This document shows positions 18,816-32,522 of a stretch of DNA of 64,000 bases, piece by piece. Within the stretch, counting starts at the first letter, position 1. The number at the start of each line of letters is the position of its first letter. The notes under the pieces were generated by a model. The model was not told the origin of the DNA and ran no database searches. It saw only the letters and a program-made list of their open reading frames with translations. The stretch spans positions 1,922,001 to 1,986,000 of the forward strand of contig CM022674.1 of assembly GCA_012295275.1 (NCBI GenBank), given 5' to 3'. Source of the DNA: Chrysomallon squamiferum. Its lineage: Eukaryota > Animalia > Mollusca. The translations under genes and the position numbers were made by a program.

Positions 18816-20274
18816 ATGTCTGTGTTTGTTTATGTACATAAAAAGCAATAATAGCGAACATACTTGAGAAAGAAAAGAAACATATAAGAGGTGCACTTTA
18901 TGACGTGACACATTTTTTAACCAGCTGTTAACGACAAACAAAAGCTAGTGAATAACCCGAAGTATCTAGACATGTGCAGTTTTAAATCTACCTTTTTAAA
19001 AAAATTAAACTGGATCCTTTTTGACTAGGAACCACACGGTACAGCTTGTTCTTAATAAATCTGCTATTCTGAGACATAGCCATGTTCTCTAATTTTACAA
19101 TGAATTAAAAATGTTTGGCCTTCCACATCATTAAATTAGTTACGAGGCTCTGAACACAAAACAGAGTCAGTAAGGCAGAAACTTTTTTTCGGGAAGAAGA
19201 AGAAGAATAAAAAAAAAAAATAAAAATAAAAATAAAAAATAAGAAAGCACAGGAAAGAAAGAATATAAAAAGAAAAGAAGAATTTAAAAAAAGATAAAAT
19301 AAAATAAAAAAAAAAAAAAAAAAAAGCCGTCAAAGTAACAATAGTTTTCATAACGAGGTTAAAATCGCTTTGCACGCTCGTTTGGCGACTGTTGCCCCGT
19401 GGTTACTTGAACGGCGCTGCATTTGAAGTGGGATTAAAGCGGAACGTTACGTCAGATACCAGTCTGGCGATAGTGGCGGGATTTCTAAGACGTCTGGTTA
19501 AGTCCTTCAGCACTGACCACGTGCTTCTTAGCCGCTGGTCAAAGTTTAAGCCAGCTGATTTATCTGTTGCGAAAATGGACGGGACAAATATCACACGGGA
19601 CAATGGAAGACTAATTCCATGTCTTTGAAAACAAAGAGAAAAACAAAACCGATAATTAATCTCTGTAGCTCGTCTTCGAGGGACTGTTTTGTTAAATCTT
19701 TAAAGGAATTAAATTTTGCTGTGTTTAGTTTTTGCATTACATCGGGCTGTTTCTCTCTGTTTGGTTTTAACATTATGCAAGTCTGTGTTTCGTTTTAATA
19801 TTATGTTTTACTATTTTAAGATTTCCATTTTTTTTTTTTTCCCCCTCTTTATTTCTGTAAATGCGGACTCAGTGAGTTGAGAAAGTGAATAAAAAAAAAA
19901 TAAAAAAAAGTATTTTGTTTTATTTACTATACAATACAAAATACTAAAGATTATTAACATTCTTTTTTATTATTATTATTTTAATATTAAAAAAAAAAAA
20001 AAGAGAGAATAAAATACTGGGGCACAGAAGAAAATTTGGAATTTCTGGACCGCTATGCTTTTTTCCATTCAGTTTTAAATGATTAATAAAATATATTTTA
20101 ATTACAGGCATTATTATCTGTGTATGTAGTTTGTGTATCTGTTCGTATATCTTTACGCAAAAAAGGCAAGAAACTGATTTTATCATTCAGGACCAAATGT
20201 ACATAAAATAAAATAAATAAAATAGAGAGAGTAGATACCTTTTTTCCAGTCAAAGTTTTAATGAAACATGACAA

Positions 20275-20592
20275 AAACATCAGTCAAAATATAATGAATA
20301 ATTACAGGCATGATGAACTTATTTTCAAAACATTAAAATTAAAATTAATGTTCGTAAATTAAATTAAATGTATTTATGATGAATAATCTGTTACCTGTCG
20401 TCCAGTTGCATTTCTTTAGATAACGGTATGTAAAAAAAGGAATGCCGAATTATGATGATGTATTTGAAGAATAGCAACATAAAATATTTTAAAAGAACTG
20501 GTAAAAACCAACATTTTCTTCATATGATTATTATTATTATTAATGTATCTATCTCTCTACCTAAGATGCAAATAAAATAAAATAAATAAAAT

Positions 20593-20671
<79 letters not shown>

Positions 20672-21018
20672 AATTTGCATCTTAGGTAGAGAGATAGATA
20701 CATTAATAATAATAATAATCATATGAAGAAAATGTTGGTTTTTACCAGTTCTTTTAAAATATTTTATGTTGCTATTCTTCAAATACATCATCATAATTAG
20801 CGGCATTCCTTTTGCCTAATAGTACTGACAGCACCGTTATCTAATTTTTGAAATGCAAGCTGAACGACAGGTATATGGTATTTTTATTATTCATCATAAA
20901 TATTAATTTAATTTAATTTAATAATAATTAATTTTAAATTTAATGTTTTGAAAATAAGTTCATCATCATCATCATCATCAGTGTCATTATCATCATTATA
21001 TTGTCATGACTGATGTTT
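20275..21018. repeat. Long inverted repeat (foldback) around an A-rich/(GA)n spacer
   Basis: 20448-20573 is the exact reverse complement of 20673-20798 (126 bp). The arms extend with indels to about 20275 and 21018. Confidence 0.9.
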
Positions 21019-21047
21019 AATGAATATTATATTTCATTATTTATCTT

Positions 21048-21115
<68 letters not shown>

Positions 21116-21213
21116 AAAGTCAAATATCTTTGCTACAAATGCTTATGTACTAGACACAGATGTTTATATAAATCTATTCGTAATACTATTTTAACTTCCA
21201 AGTGTGTCCGGTG

Positions 21214-21245
<32 letters not shown>

Positions 21246-21561
21246 TATGCGTGTGCGTTTGCGTGTTTTACTTAGTAACAATCCACCGTAAACAGACGTG
21301 ACGTTATCATCAAAGCCATTTAGGCCGCTGTCACGTAATTAATTAATGTTTACGTCGCCGCATACGAGGAACAATAACGGGCGCCACTATTTTCTGTTGG
21401 ATGACGTAACCGGGACGTGAGCTGTATGGGCGGGGGGTATTTCTGTTGGATGACGTATGAGGGACGTGAGGCTCTGGAGGTGGGTGGAGGAGAGGGGAGG
21501 GGGCTTGTGAGGCGAACAGCGCTTGTTTACCTCCATATAATTGTAGCCGTCTTTTCTGTCT

Positions 21562-21593
<32 letters not shown>

Positions 21594-21816
21594 TTTTTAT
21601 TTCCCACGGTTCTGTCGTACGCCACTTGTCCAGGCTCGGTAAACGAAGGGTTTCAATTTTAGTCGAAACGACCGGGTTACCCGCGCACGGCCCTTGCTTT
21701 GCGAATAAACTTACGCGTCAAGCAATTATTTCCTTTTTAGTACAGCAATCGGCTAGAAAGAATGGCGGTGGTGCCCAGCGATCTGCGACGGGGAGAGAGG
21801 CAAAGGGGGAGGGGTT

Positions 21817-22147
21817 TTCCCACACTTTTCGGATCGCGCGCCGATACACGTGTCCCTTATTTTTATCCCGTACTGTGTTTTTAATTTTTTTTTTTTTTTT
21901 TTTTTTCAAGAGAACGCGTCGTACAAGTGACATTCCGAAACAGCGGTCTGGCGCTTTTCGAGAAACATCTGTCCGCTGGCCAATCAGACGGCGCGTGTCG
22001 CATGCCGATGCAGTCCCCAGCGGTGTGTCCTGGACGCTGATTGGCTGTTCGTGTCGGTAGCTACCGTGGGAAACTGGAAGGCATTCTTTCGCACCTTGTA
22101 AGAGGCGTGTGGACCGGGGTATAAAAAGGCCGGCTGTATCGTGGGAG
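21817..22147 (+). promoter_or_regulatory. HES-B proximal promoter with CSL sites, CCAAT pair and TATA box
   Basis: TTCCCACA 21817-21824; CACGTG 21847-21852; CCAAT 21980; ATTGG 22040; CGTGGGAA 22065-22072 + 15 bp + degenerate TTCGCACC 22088-22095; TATAAAA 22120-22126. Additional TTCCCACG at 21601-21608. Confidence 0.82.
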
Positions 22148-22272
22148 ACGAGAACTTTGTTTTTAAAAAAAAGTCTTACTGTGCTGCGACTTGGATCAGT
22201 TAACATCTGTCCGTAAACAGAGCAAGAAAGAAAAAGAGAAGAAAAGAAAGAAAGAAAGAAAGAAAAGAAATC

Positions 22273-22951
22273 ATGTTAGATTCAGCGGAAACGAGTCCGG
22301 CCGAGAGATTGCCTTCGCGAAGAGTAAGTTTTTGATTTAAATATTTTATTTATTTATTTATTTGTTTGTTTATTTTTTGTTTATTTATTTATGTTTTTCT
22401 TTGATGTTTCAGAACACTTTTAAAGATAACAATGCAATTCAATTTTAAAGAAAGAAATGAATAGAGATATTTTTTTATTTATTTTTTTTTATTTGTTATC
22501 TTTGTTTACATGTATCGTATGATAGTCAGCTGCAAATTTTAAAATTTTTATCTTTTCTTTTTGTTTATTTTTCTTTCATTTTTCAATTAAATTTAAATTC
22601 ACAGACAATCATATTTCTTTTTAATTTTTTTTTATTATTATTTTTTTAATTTTTATAACAACATGAAACTTAACGCTAAGTTAACAAAATTATTTAAAAA
22701 AATCAAGTTCAACATTTTAGTCTTTAGCCATTAATATTAATGTTAATAAAAGTTTTAACTTTGAAGACTGTTGTGTATTTATGTTTTTATTTTCTTTGTT
22801 GACAGACTAATAAGCCATTGGTTGAAAAACGACGACGTGAGCGAATCAACTGCAGCCTCAGTGAATTGAAACGACTTTTGCTTGAAGCCATGAAACAAGA
22901 TGTAAGTATTCATAAATGTAATAAGTAAGCGTCAAATGTGTATTGGTCTGT

Positions 22952-23004
<53 letters not shown>

Positions 23005-24211
23005 ATAAAAGGTTTATAGAGGATGTTACTGTTCTTCCTGATTCGTTATCTAGCTCGGAGCATTTTTCAAATAAATAAAAATTAAAAATTAAATATGATA
23101 GTTTACATTATAACGGACTGTTCAGTCTAGGACCATTTGAATAATTGTTTTATTGACACTAATTAAATTTTATTAGTTAATTATTTTTCCTACATTCATA
23201 GTAATTATAAAAATTGTGGCTTTAATTTCCTAGAACTTATCCACCTTGTGTCAACTGTTTTATTGTCTCAAAATTTTGACAGATGTCTGAACTCAAATAG
23301 TTTTGTCTATTGTGAATTTAGAATCAATTTTTCGTTTTGTATTTTCAACAATGTAGTCTAATTTTTATTTTGTATCTTTCGTCTTTAAGGGAGCTCAGTT
23401 TTCCAGACTGGAAAAAGCAGACATCTTGGAAATGACAGTGAAGTACTTGAAACACGTACAACGCCAGCAATGCGTCAACGTCATGGCAACCAGCCCGTCA
23501 GTGGCCGGGAAATACCGAGCGGGTTTCTCCGAATGCGCCGGCGAGGTCATGAAATACATCGACAACGCCAACGGCGTCGATACAAGAATTCGCGACAACC
23601 TCAATCAACACCTCTCGGAGTGCCTGACCGTCGTCGGCACTCAGACGGCAGCAGCAAACAACATCATCAGCGGCAACGCCTCTCCGTCATACTCTTCTCG
23701 CCTGTCTTCTTCTTCTCCGAGCGGACAAAACGACATCGACGACAACGTAGCCAAGCAGCTGAACATTCAAATACCGGAGTCGACGATGTCGTCCGCCTAC
23801 AGGCAGACAGTCAACTCGGACGGATACCATCTACTCATGCCCATCGCTCAGTCGACACCAATCCCGTCATCCATGGCGGCCGTCCGTCAGTGCGAAACGG
23901 ACTTTTTGGCGGGAACCCGGGATTCAAATTCGAGCAGCCCACAGGTGGTGGTGCGCGGTGGGAACAATGGATTGCGGTGCATAACGAACATTTACCAGTC
24001 GAGATTTTCAAACTCGGACAAAGAAGAGCACGCGCCCGCGCACAAGCGATCGCAACTACGCCAACTGTCGTCGACGACTTCACCTTTGACCTCGAAGCAG
24101 ACGACACTTCGCCAGCATCCTTATTCCAGAGCGTGCGACCAGAAATCGAGACAGACCGCGACTTCGCCGCGCTGTTCATTCAGAGACGAGAAGCTGTGGC
24201 GGCCTTGGTGA
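22273..24211 (+). CDS. HES1: HES/hairy-family bHLH-Orange-WRPW repressor (paralog B), 3 coding exons, ~322 aa
   Basis: Exons 22273-22323 (MLDSAETSPAERLPSRR|gtaagt), 22806-22901 (TNKPLVEKRRRERINCSLSELKRLLLEAMKQD), 23390-24211 (GAQFSRLEKADILEMTVKYLKH...KYRAGFSECAGEV...LWRPW-stop). GT-AG introns in frame. The symbol indicates family only. Confidence 0.93.
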
Positions 24212-24812
24212 TTGGTCGATTTCAGGAATGACGAGCGGTGGGACGTATTTGAGCGGTTGTTGTGTGCCAGGTGCGCGGTGTATTGTTCTCCGGACGTAAT
24301 GTCGACCTAGTGCTATTGACGTATTTTTACTACTCCGCCGGATTATTTGAAAAATGAAAACTGGTGACGTCACAAACTTGAACAAAGTGTTTGATCGCTG
24401 TCATCGTGTCTCTTTGTGCGTGTGCGTGTTTGTTTTGTGTGTCTGTGCGTGTCCGTGTGTGGGTCTTAATGTTTTTAAATTTAACTGCAGGCAGTTTAAA
24501 AACACACACATACATCTCTTTTCTTTGTGTTTTGTTTTCTTTCTGAAGCTCATTTCTTTGTTTACCTTTGTCTGTCAACCTTATATTTTCTTTCTTTTTT
24601 TTTTTTTTTTCTTTTTTTTTTCATTCTGTTTATTTTTCTACTACACCAGCTTGAAATCAAACATCTTTCTGTCTGTTATATCCATCTGTTTTCTTCACTT
24701 CTTCCTTTCTTCCTTCCTTCCTTTCTTCATTCCTTTCTTTAAAATGTAACGCGGGACCAGATGTTGTCTGTACTGGGCTGACAGGTGGCAGTTTGTTTTC
24801 AAATCTGAATTT

Positions 24813-24896
24813 CTGTGATAACTCGACAAAGGAAAAAACAATGCGAGTTTATTTTTTTTTAAACTTTATTAAAAAATGATTTAAAAAAAATGTGAT
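24813..24896 (+). promoter_or_regulatory. K-box (miR-2 family seed match) sites in HES-B 3'UTR
   Basis: CTGTGATA 24813-24820 and TGTGAT 24891-24896; the 3'UTR extent is inferred. Confidence 0.55.
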
Positions 24897-25429
24897 TGTT
24901 TTATTATCTTTTGGTTTTATTAGTTCCTTCATTTCTAATTTTGTGTGACTGTGCATTGTATTTGTGTGAGTGCATGCGTGCGTGCGTGCGTGCGTGTGTG
25001 TGTTGATTGATATTTGTGAGTGTTGATGTTCGTGTGTGTGTTTTTAAGCAAAATAAAGGAATTGAAGAGAAACAACAAAGGGGGACAAGAAAATCAAAAT
25101 GAGATTAATTTCATTATAAAGGGAAAAAAGTCTTAACTAAAAAAATAAAATAAAAAAATGAGGTTTCTGGGCTTTTCATTGATCCAAGTGTTTGTCAAGT
25201 ATAAATATTTATTATGTATATCTGACTAGGCATGGTTTGGTTACGTGTATGTTTCGAGAATAATAATTGGTGGAAAAAAAAAAAAAAAAAAAAATGTGAT
25301 TAATTAAAAAGATAAGAAAGGAAATCCTCTCTTAGCATAATCGGATTAAAACCTGGAAAACCACAGCAAAATATACAACACATAAATAACTTCCTCTTCT
25401 CCGATTAGTGTCTTCGATCAAACAGGATA

Positions 25430-25524
25430 ATTATATATATACACACACCCACACCCACACACACATATATATATATACATACATACATACATACACACAC
25501 ACATACACACACACACACATACAT

Positions 25525-25561
<37 letters not shown>

Positions 25562-25869
25562 AATATATACATATACATATATATATATATATACACCCCC
25601 ACCTCACCCCCACACACATATAGATATATACATACATACATACATACATACATACACATACACACATACACACACACAAATATATACATATACATATATA
25701 TATATATATATACACACACACCCACACCCACACACACATATAGATATATACATACACACATACACACACACATACACACAAATATATACACACACACACC
25801 CACCCACACACACACATATATATATATATATACATACATACATACACACACATACAGACACACAAATAT

Positions 25870-25933
<64 letters not shown>

Positions 25934-26039
25934 GTATGTATATGTATATATTTGTGTGTCTGTATGTGTATATATTTGTGTGTCTGTACATACATACACA
26001 CACATACACACACAAATATATACATATACATATACATAC

Positions 26040-26073
<34 letters not shown>

Positions 26074-26095
26074 GCACATACACACACACACACGG
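25430..26095. repeat. Compound CA/TA microsatellite block
   Basis: Pure low-complexity sequence. It is representative of dozens of (TA)n, (CA)n, (GA)n, (TAA)n, (TAG)n and (TATG)n tracts throughout the window. Confidence 0.9.
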
Positions 26096-27197
26096 ACTCA
26101 CTTACACCTATTCCCAAACACATTATTTGACATTAACACAAACATCTAGAATTTCAGTTATTTATTTCATGCTTTACACACGTTTCCTTTTACCTTTAAT
26201 AATGATTTTTTTTTATTTTTTTTATTAATGTTGCTTTTCCCGCCTTTATTATTTATTTTTTTTGTATCGTTTTATTTATTGCTTACACATGGCATACGCG
26301 TAATATAAAATAACTGAAACCTAGTATCTTAAAACTGTAAAAAAATATATATATGGTTTTACCTTTGTTACTGATGACGTCATGATTTTCTAGCGTCAAG
26401 AGACAGCTTTCAAAATTTAATGAGTTCTTTGTGGTAACATCAACAACAGTGGTAGCATCATCATCAACAACAACCACAATAGTTAAATTTCTTATTAAAC
26501 GTCAAAGAAAATGTTTAATACATACGAACTGCTGTGTATTATTGTTATTGTAATTATTATTGCTATTATTATGGTTAATATTATTATTGTTATTGTTGTG
26601 TGTATATGTGTATATATATATGTACGTATGTGTGTATGTATGTATGTATATATGCATATATATGTATGTATGTATGTATATGTGTATGTGTGTGTATGTA
26701 TATATGTATGTGTGTGTATGTATGTATGTATATATGCATATATATGTATGTATGTATGTATATGTGTGTGTCTGTGTATATGTGTGTCTGAGTATGTATG
26801 AAATACACATTTTTATGTCTGGACGTGTGTACTTGTGTCTGTCTCTCTGTATACATATATATTTATTCTCGTCTCTCAAAGCGTTTGGCGTTTAAAACAC
26901 TAGTAACATCAGTACACGTGTACTTCTGTTCTTTTTCGGTCGTTTCCGATGAACTCTCGCTGTTTACAGGTGTAATAAAAACTGGCACGCGCGAAGCGTC
27001 TAGCATGGGTCACAGGTCACCAGCCGAATATTCAGAGATGACGACTGTGCAGTGAAATCAGTCTGCGCGTTTTTCTGACCTCGTTTTCACGCACCTGTTT
27101 CGGTACATTTGAAGATGAGACTGCCGACATTTTTTAATTTATGCAAACTGTCTTACGAATTTAAGGATAACAATTATGTAAACGAAAAATAATAAAA

Positions 27198-27229
<32 letters not shown>

Positions 27230-28189
27230 ATAGTAAAATATCTCATATATATTATAAAAAAGTGTATTTATATGTACCTGTGACTTTTAAATAAAATTAT
27301 GTTATTTAGTTCACTTTCTTTTAACATTCATCCTGTATTATAGGTATTTCACGAATTTTAAAAATGTATTAATTTCTATCTGCTAAAAATACAATTTTTA
27401 TTGTCTATATTATATATATATATATATATATAATTTAGGATATATTCACAAATCTGGCAAATCGACAAATCTGAATCATCTTCGGTGTCAAGCTTGCAAG
27501 CATACATGTTTTAGCTATTAATATTAATGCAGCTTTTTTTTATTTTGATCAGAAACTAATTATTAGAATCGTAATTAATTTTTAAAAAATAATAAAATAA
27601 AATAAGATAAAGAAAAAAAAAAATTAAAAAAATTATCTTTCGTATCAGTAACTTTACCCCCCCCCCCCATAAGTGTTGAACGACTGTTCGTCTGCTCTTG
27701 CAGTGTTAACCAAAAAAAAAAAAAAAAAATCGGCGGGATTCGCAGTCTTGATTACCGCAGTTATAAACTCCTCTTTGATCAGCTACAGGTGTCACCTACT
27801 TAACTCTTTTTGCTCCTCACTTGTTAATTACTTAACCCTTGTTTTCTACCCGAGAACCCTGCAGGGGGTGGGATGGTGGGTGGGGTGGTGATGGGGGGGC
27901 GCCATCGTCCATCCCTTCCGTGATTGACAGAGTATAGCAGAGAACTGCAGAGGTAATCGTTTAATAACCAGTCTATTGACGACTCGGCCCCAGTCGGCAT
28001 CTTTCGCCAAGATGGCGTCGGTTTTCTCCCCTCTGTCCAAACTTGTCGCGCCTGTCTCCGTCATGGCTGGTTTCAAGCCGTTTGTTTCGTGTGAATTGTC
28101 TCGTTGACTTTGATGTCGATGTAATCGATATTAACAGTCGCGCAGCCAACGATTACACCAGCGAGAACGCGTTGCCGTTAACGTGTGAA

Positions 28190-29165
28190 TACGAAAACGA
28201 GGCTCAGTATTATAATTGTGTTCTGATTATGCCAGGATGAACGTAACGTCATTAATATAAGAATATCAAACCGAGGCTGAATATTATAATTATGTTCGAG
28301 TTATTGCAGGAAGAACGTAATGTTATTAAAATTATGAATCTGAAAACGAGGTTGAATATTATATTCTTGTTATAGTAGGAAAAACACAATGTTTTTAACA
28401 TATGAACCTGAAAACGACGCTGAATATTACATTCTAGCCATATGTAGGAAGAACGTAATGTTGCTAACATATGAATACCGAAACGAGGCTGGATAATGTA
28501 ATAAATGTAGCTAGTCTATACTTGGATGGACGTTACGTTATTAACATATGAATATTTATGAAGTTAATTATATTAGGGTGTAGAAAAAGACGTTCATACT
28601 TCAAATATGAAATGAAAACGAGTCACTATATTATAAATTATGTGGCCTGTTATACTAGGATGAGCATAATGTTATTAACATTTGAATTCCAAAACAACAT
28701 CAAATGTGTTATAGTGTACTAATGTCGTTAACATTTCAAATATGAAAAATGAGCCTGACTGTCATAATGTATGTGTATGCGGTCGAAACGTAATTAACAT
28801 AATTAGGATGTACATAATGTCATTAACATTTCAAACATGAAAGCGAAACTGAACATTACGTTTTATGTGGCTAATTATACTTGGAGGGGCGTGATGACGT
28901 TAACTCATGCATATTTATGAGGTTAATTGTATTAGGATGCTTGTACGCATTGTTGTAAACTTGTGAACATGAGAACGAGGTTGAATATTGCAAATTCCGT
29001 AACTGTTTGAATGAACGTAACACAATTAACATCAAATTATGAAAACGAGGCTGTTTCTTAATGCAAAATTAATGCGATTAGTAACGTGGTCGCGACAGGA
29101 AATCAATGTGAATGAAAACGAGGCTGGAAGATTGACATCTGTTAACACATTCAAACATGAAAGAC
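28190..29165. repeat. Degenerate ~70-bp tandem repeat array
   Basis: AAAACGAGGCTGAATATTATA...AGGA(T/A)GAACGTAATGTTATTAACATATGAA recurs at about 28195, 28268, 28343, 28411, 28480 and onward to about 29115. Confidence 0.8.
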
Positions 29166-29305
29166 AGCGTGATAATCTGGGATTATTTTTATTATTTATT
29201 ATTTCTTTTGTTTGTTATTAATGTTGAGTCCTGGAATTTTTTTTGAATAACAGATTGTATTAATTTATTTATTGTTTTCGTTGTTGTTATTTATTACCAT
29301 CACCA

Positions 29306-29345
<40 letters not shown>

Positions 29346-29429
29346 GCTACTACTGTTACCACTACTATTACTACTAGTACTACTAATATTACTGTTGCTG
29401 CTGTTACAACTACTACTACTAAAAATACA

Positions 29430-29479
<50 letters not shown>

Positions 29480-29633
29480 GGTTGTTATATTTTTAATCAA
29501 CAAAAAATTTATGTTGTCGAAAGTATAACGAAACATTTTAACGACAAAAGATATGCGTTTGAAATACCATTTCTTTTTTGTTTTTTCTTTACTTAATAAA
29601 AACTTCAAACTATTATTATTATTATTATAATTA

Positions 29634-29664
<31 letters not shown>

Positions 29665-29719
29665 TTTATTATTATTTATTTTATTTCGCCCTTCATTTTG
29701 TCTTAGGAATTCTGTATGG

Positions 29720-30270
29720 TAAATTCCTGCACTGTACCTGGCGCACACGCCAAATCGAGCAGAAGGCAACTTGTTTGTTAAAGACGTCGGCGGTGGCAAA
29801 TGGTAAGAGTTGGAGGATGGGGGGGGGGGTTTCTACACGGAGAGGCGATAAAATACAACGCACGAGTGACGGCGACCTCGGGGTCATCGCAGTGGCTACG
29901 CAGTCGACATCAGACACCCTGGGAATATTTTTAGAAGAGGCGGAGTTTTCCCACAGGACTGAACAGTGACGATATTATAAAGTGCGCGCGTGCCGACTAT
30001 CTACGTCCACTTATCCCCCTTTGATTGACAGCAAGGGCTCGCGGTATGAGCAACATGGCGACCTTCTCCTGACTTTTGACCAATTGGCAGACGGCGTTAA
30101 CAGTGGGTGCAGAACGCTCTCGCCGAATCTCGCATACCCACACACGGTCTGACTGCCGTCTGTTGCACTGTTCCGAGGAGCGTGGGAACGTACGGCAAAG
30201 TGCGACGCGACCGCCACACAATGGGAAGAAAGAACGATAATTTCTCTCGCTACGTTCAGAGACCGGCATA
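29720..30270 (+). promoter_or_regulatory. CpG-rich non-coding island with CSL sites (HES-promoter-like enhancer or relic promoter)
   Basis: AGGCGGAGTTTTCCCACAGG 29938-29957 is identical to 5644-5663; CCAATTGG at 30080; CGTGGGAA 30181-30188. No HES coding exon was found downstream. Confidence 0.55.
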
Positions 30271-30711
30271 TGACATATTATATTTTTTCCGCTATCCTTA
30301 CCACTTTTATTTCTTTTATTATTATTTTTTTTTTTTCCCTTCATATTATTAAGACTTTAAAAAAAATAATAAAATAAAATAAAAATAAAAATTTCTCGCA
30401 TGAATACGTTTTTGAATCACAAGTCGATTTTAAAACGTCTGAAAGACATGGTTGATTGGTGGCGGGTGAAACAATTTTTTTTTTTTTTTTTTTTTTTTGG
30501 GACCTGTATTCAAAAGATTTAATTTCTCTGTTGATACCTTTACTGGAGAAATGTTTTCACAATAGATGTAATATAACAGCCACCCGTGAAGTGAAAATTA
30601 TCACAGGTCAACAGAGCTCGTTTTTAGTGAGTGATACAAAATTATTTACAATACTCTGCGTGTGTATGATTCATATCTTTACCGAGGACGTGACTCAGAG
30701 AGAGAGAGAGT

Positions 30712-30807
<96 letters not shown>

Positions 30808-31845
30808 ATTACTACTGTACTCCTGAACTGTTACTGCCATTACTTCCACTGTTGCAATTACTATAACAACAGTTAATACTAACACTACAGATATTGCTGT
30901 TATATTTACTATTTCAATAAGTATTACTACTATTGTTTCTACAATAATTACTACTACTGCTACTACTACAGCTGCTGCTAATACTACTACTAGATAGTAA
31001 TGGCATTCTAAGAGATCGCAAACGGATTCAGTCTTTATATTTTTGACCATACAGTCTCTGTTCCTTTTATCAGAATTATAGTTTTAATTTTTTTGGATTG
31101 TTTTAATTTTGTAATTCTGAGAATGTTGATATTTTTATTTATATTAAGACAGAAACAAGACTGATACACTGAAGGCTGTCGGTGTGAAAAAAAAAAGAAC
31201 GTAAACAAAGATTTTATGGTTCTTTACGGTAAATACTGTTGTTGACACTTCGTCAACAACAGATGTTCAAAAAGCTAAGAAAGCAAAACAAAACAACAAC
31301 AACAACAACAACAAAATAAGTAATTAAATAAATATAATAGTGTCCTTGTTTGAGATTTCCTTTGTTTGTTGGTAATTATTGGTGTGCGCATTAGTTTTTG
31401 AAGGAAAATAATACAAACGTAAATGGAGGTTGCTATAATTCCGAAATTACGATTCAAGGCATCTGTCAAACGACGAATGTGCATTACAAGAGCTTTCGGA
31501 TCATAAAAGAGTGTGTAATGGAAATTTTATAACTGGTAAAATGCAATAGCTGTTGGTTAGTTTATGTATATATATCCAACACATACCAAATCAGACGTTA
31601 ATCAAGTCAAAATATGATTATCATTATGTGTATGTTTTGTTTTTGGTTTCCATGTTGCAACAAGTTCAGTTTAGGAAGTAATACAAACAACAAACAAAAC
31701 CAACAGCAAGCAAAACCTGCACAAAACATCAGCGATTACATAATGATTATTATGTTTATTGTGTAAATAACATTTTTGGTTTTGTTTTCTGACTTTATAT
31801 GTGAAATCATCACTGTTGTTGGTGTTATTATTATTGTTATTATTA

Positions 31846-31886
<41 letters not shown>

Positions 31887-32474
31887 TTATTTTATTATTA
31901 TTTTCAGTCATTACAGGAGTTGGTCCTCAGGCCTCATCGTGATCAAAATCCCAATCCAACCCATACTGAATAACAGGTTTACCAAATGTTTTTAATAACT
32001 GATAGTTCTATACCACTGTAGCTATTACAGGTACTGAACCATTTATCTGGCAAGCTTTGGACTGGAGGTGCTCCAGATTTCTAGATACACACTAAATACA
32101 TTTTTTTTAATCCATTAAAAATCTTAAGTTATCTATAGAGAATATGATCTATAACAAATAGGATGAAATTTAAACAACAAAAAGAAATAACATAATTTTA
32201 TTTAAGTGATATCTGTACAAATAAATACACTTCCTAAAACACTTAAATTTCTTACAATATCATGTATAATATATCAGATGAAAATTAAATAAATAAAAAT
32301 AAAAAAAAATAAAAATTTAATTTGACAGGAATAATATCTTCTGTGAGAGATTTTCCTCTACTCAGCAACAGTATCACTTAAACCGTTCAATGTGTATGTA
32401 ACAGAAATGTCTAATGCAGCATATAATATAAAAGTAGTCCCTTAATAATAACAATAACAATAATAATAATAATA

Positions 32475-32522
<48 letters not shown>

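Noticed and set aside
21626-22206. ORFs of 144 and 162 aa over the HES-B promoter (and similar ORFs at 5671-6050, 16288-16712, 29997-30352)
   Set aside because: These are GC-rich regulatory islands crossing poly-T/A tracts; no protein-like composition or splice context.
23470-24231. 253-aa alternative-frame ORF overlapping HES-B exon 3
   Set aside because: Long, but R/Q-rich with no recognisable domain; best explained by codon bias of the true HES frame.
28190-29165. Repeat-spacer-like periodicity suggesting a CRISPR array (also 33140-33945)
   Set aside because: The whole unit is homologous and degenerate, there are no unique spacers or cas genes, and the context is eukaryotic.
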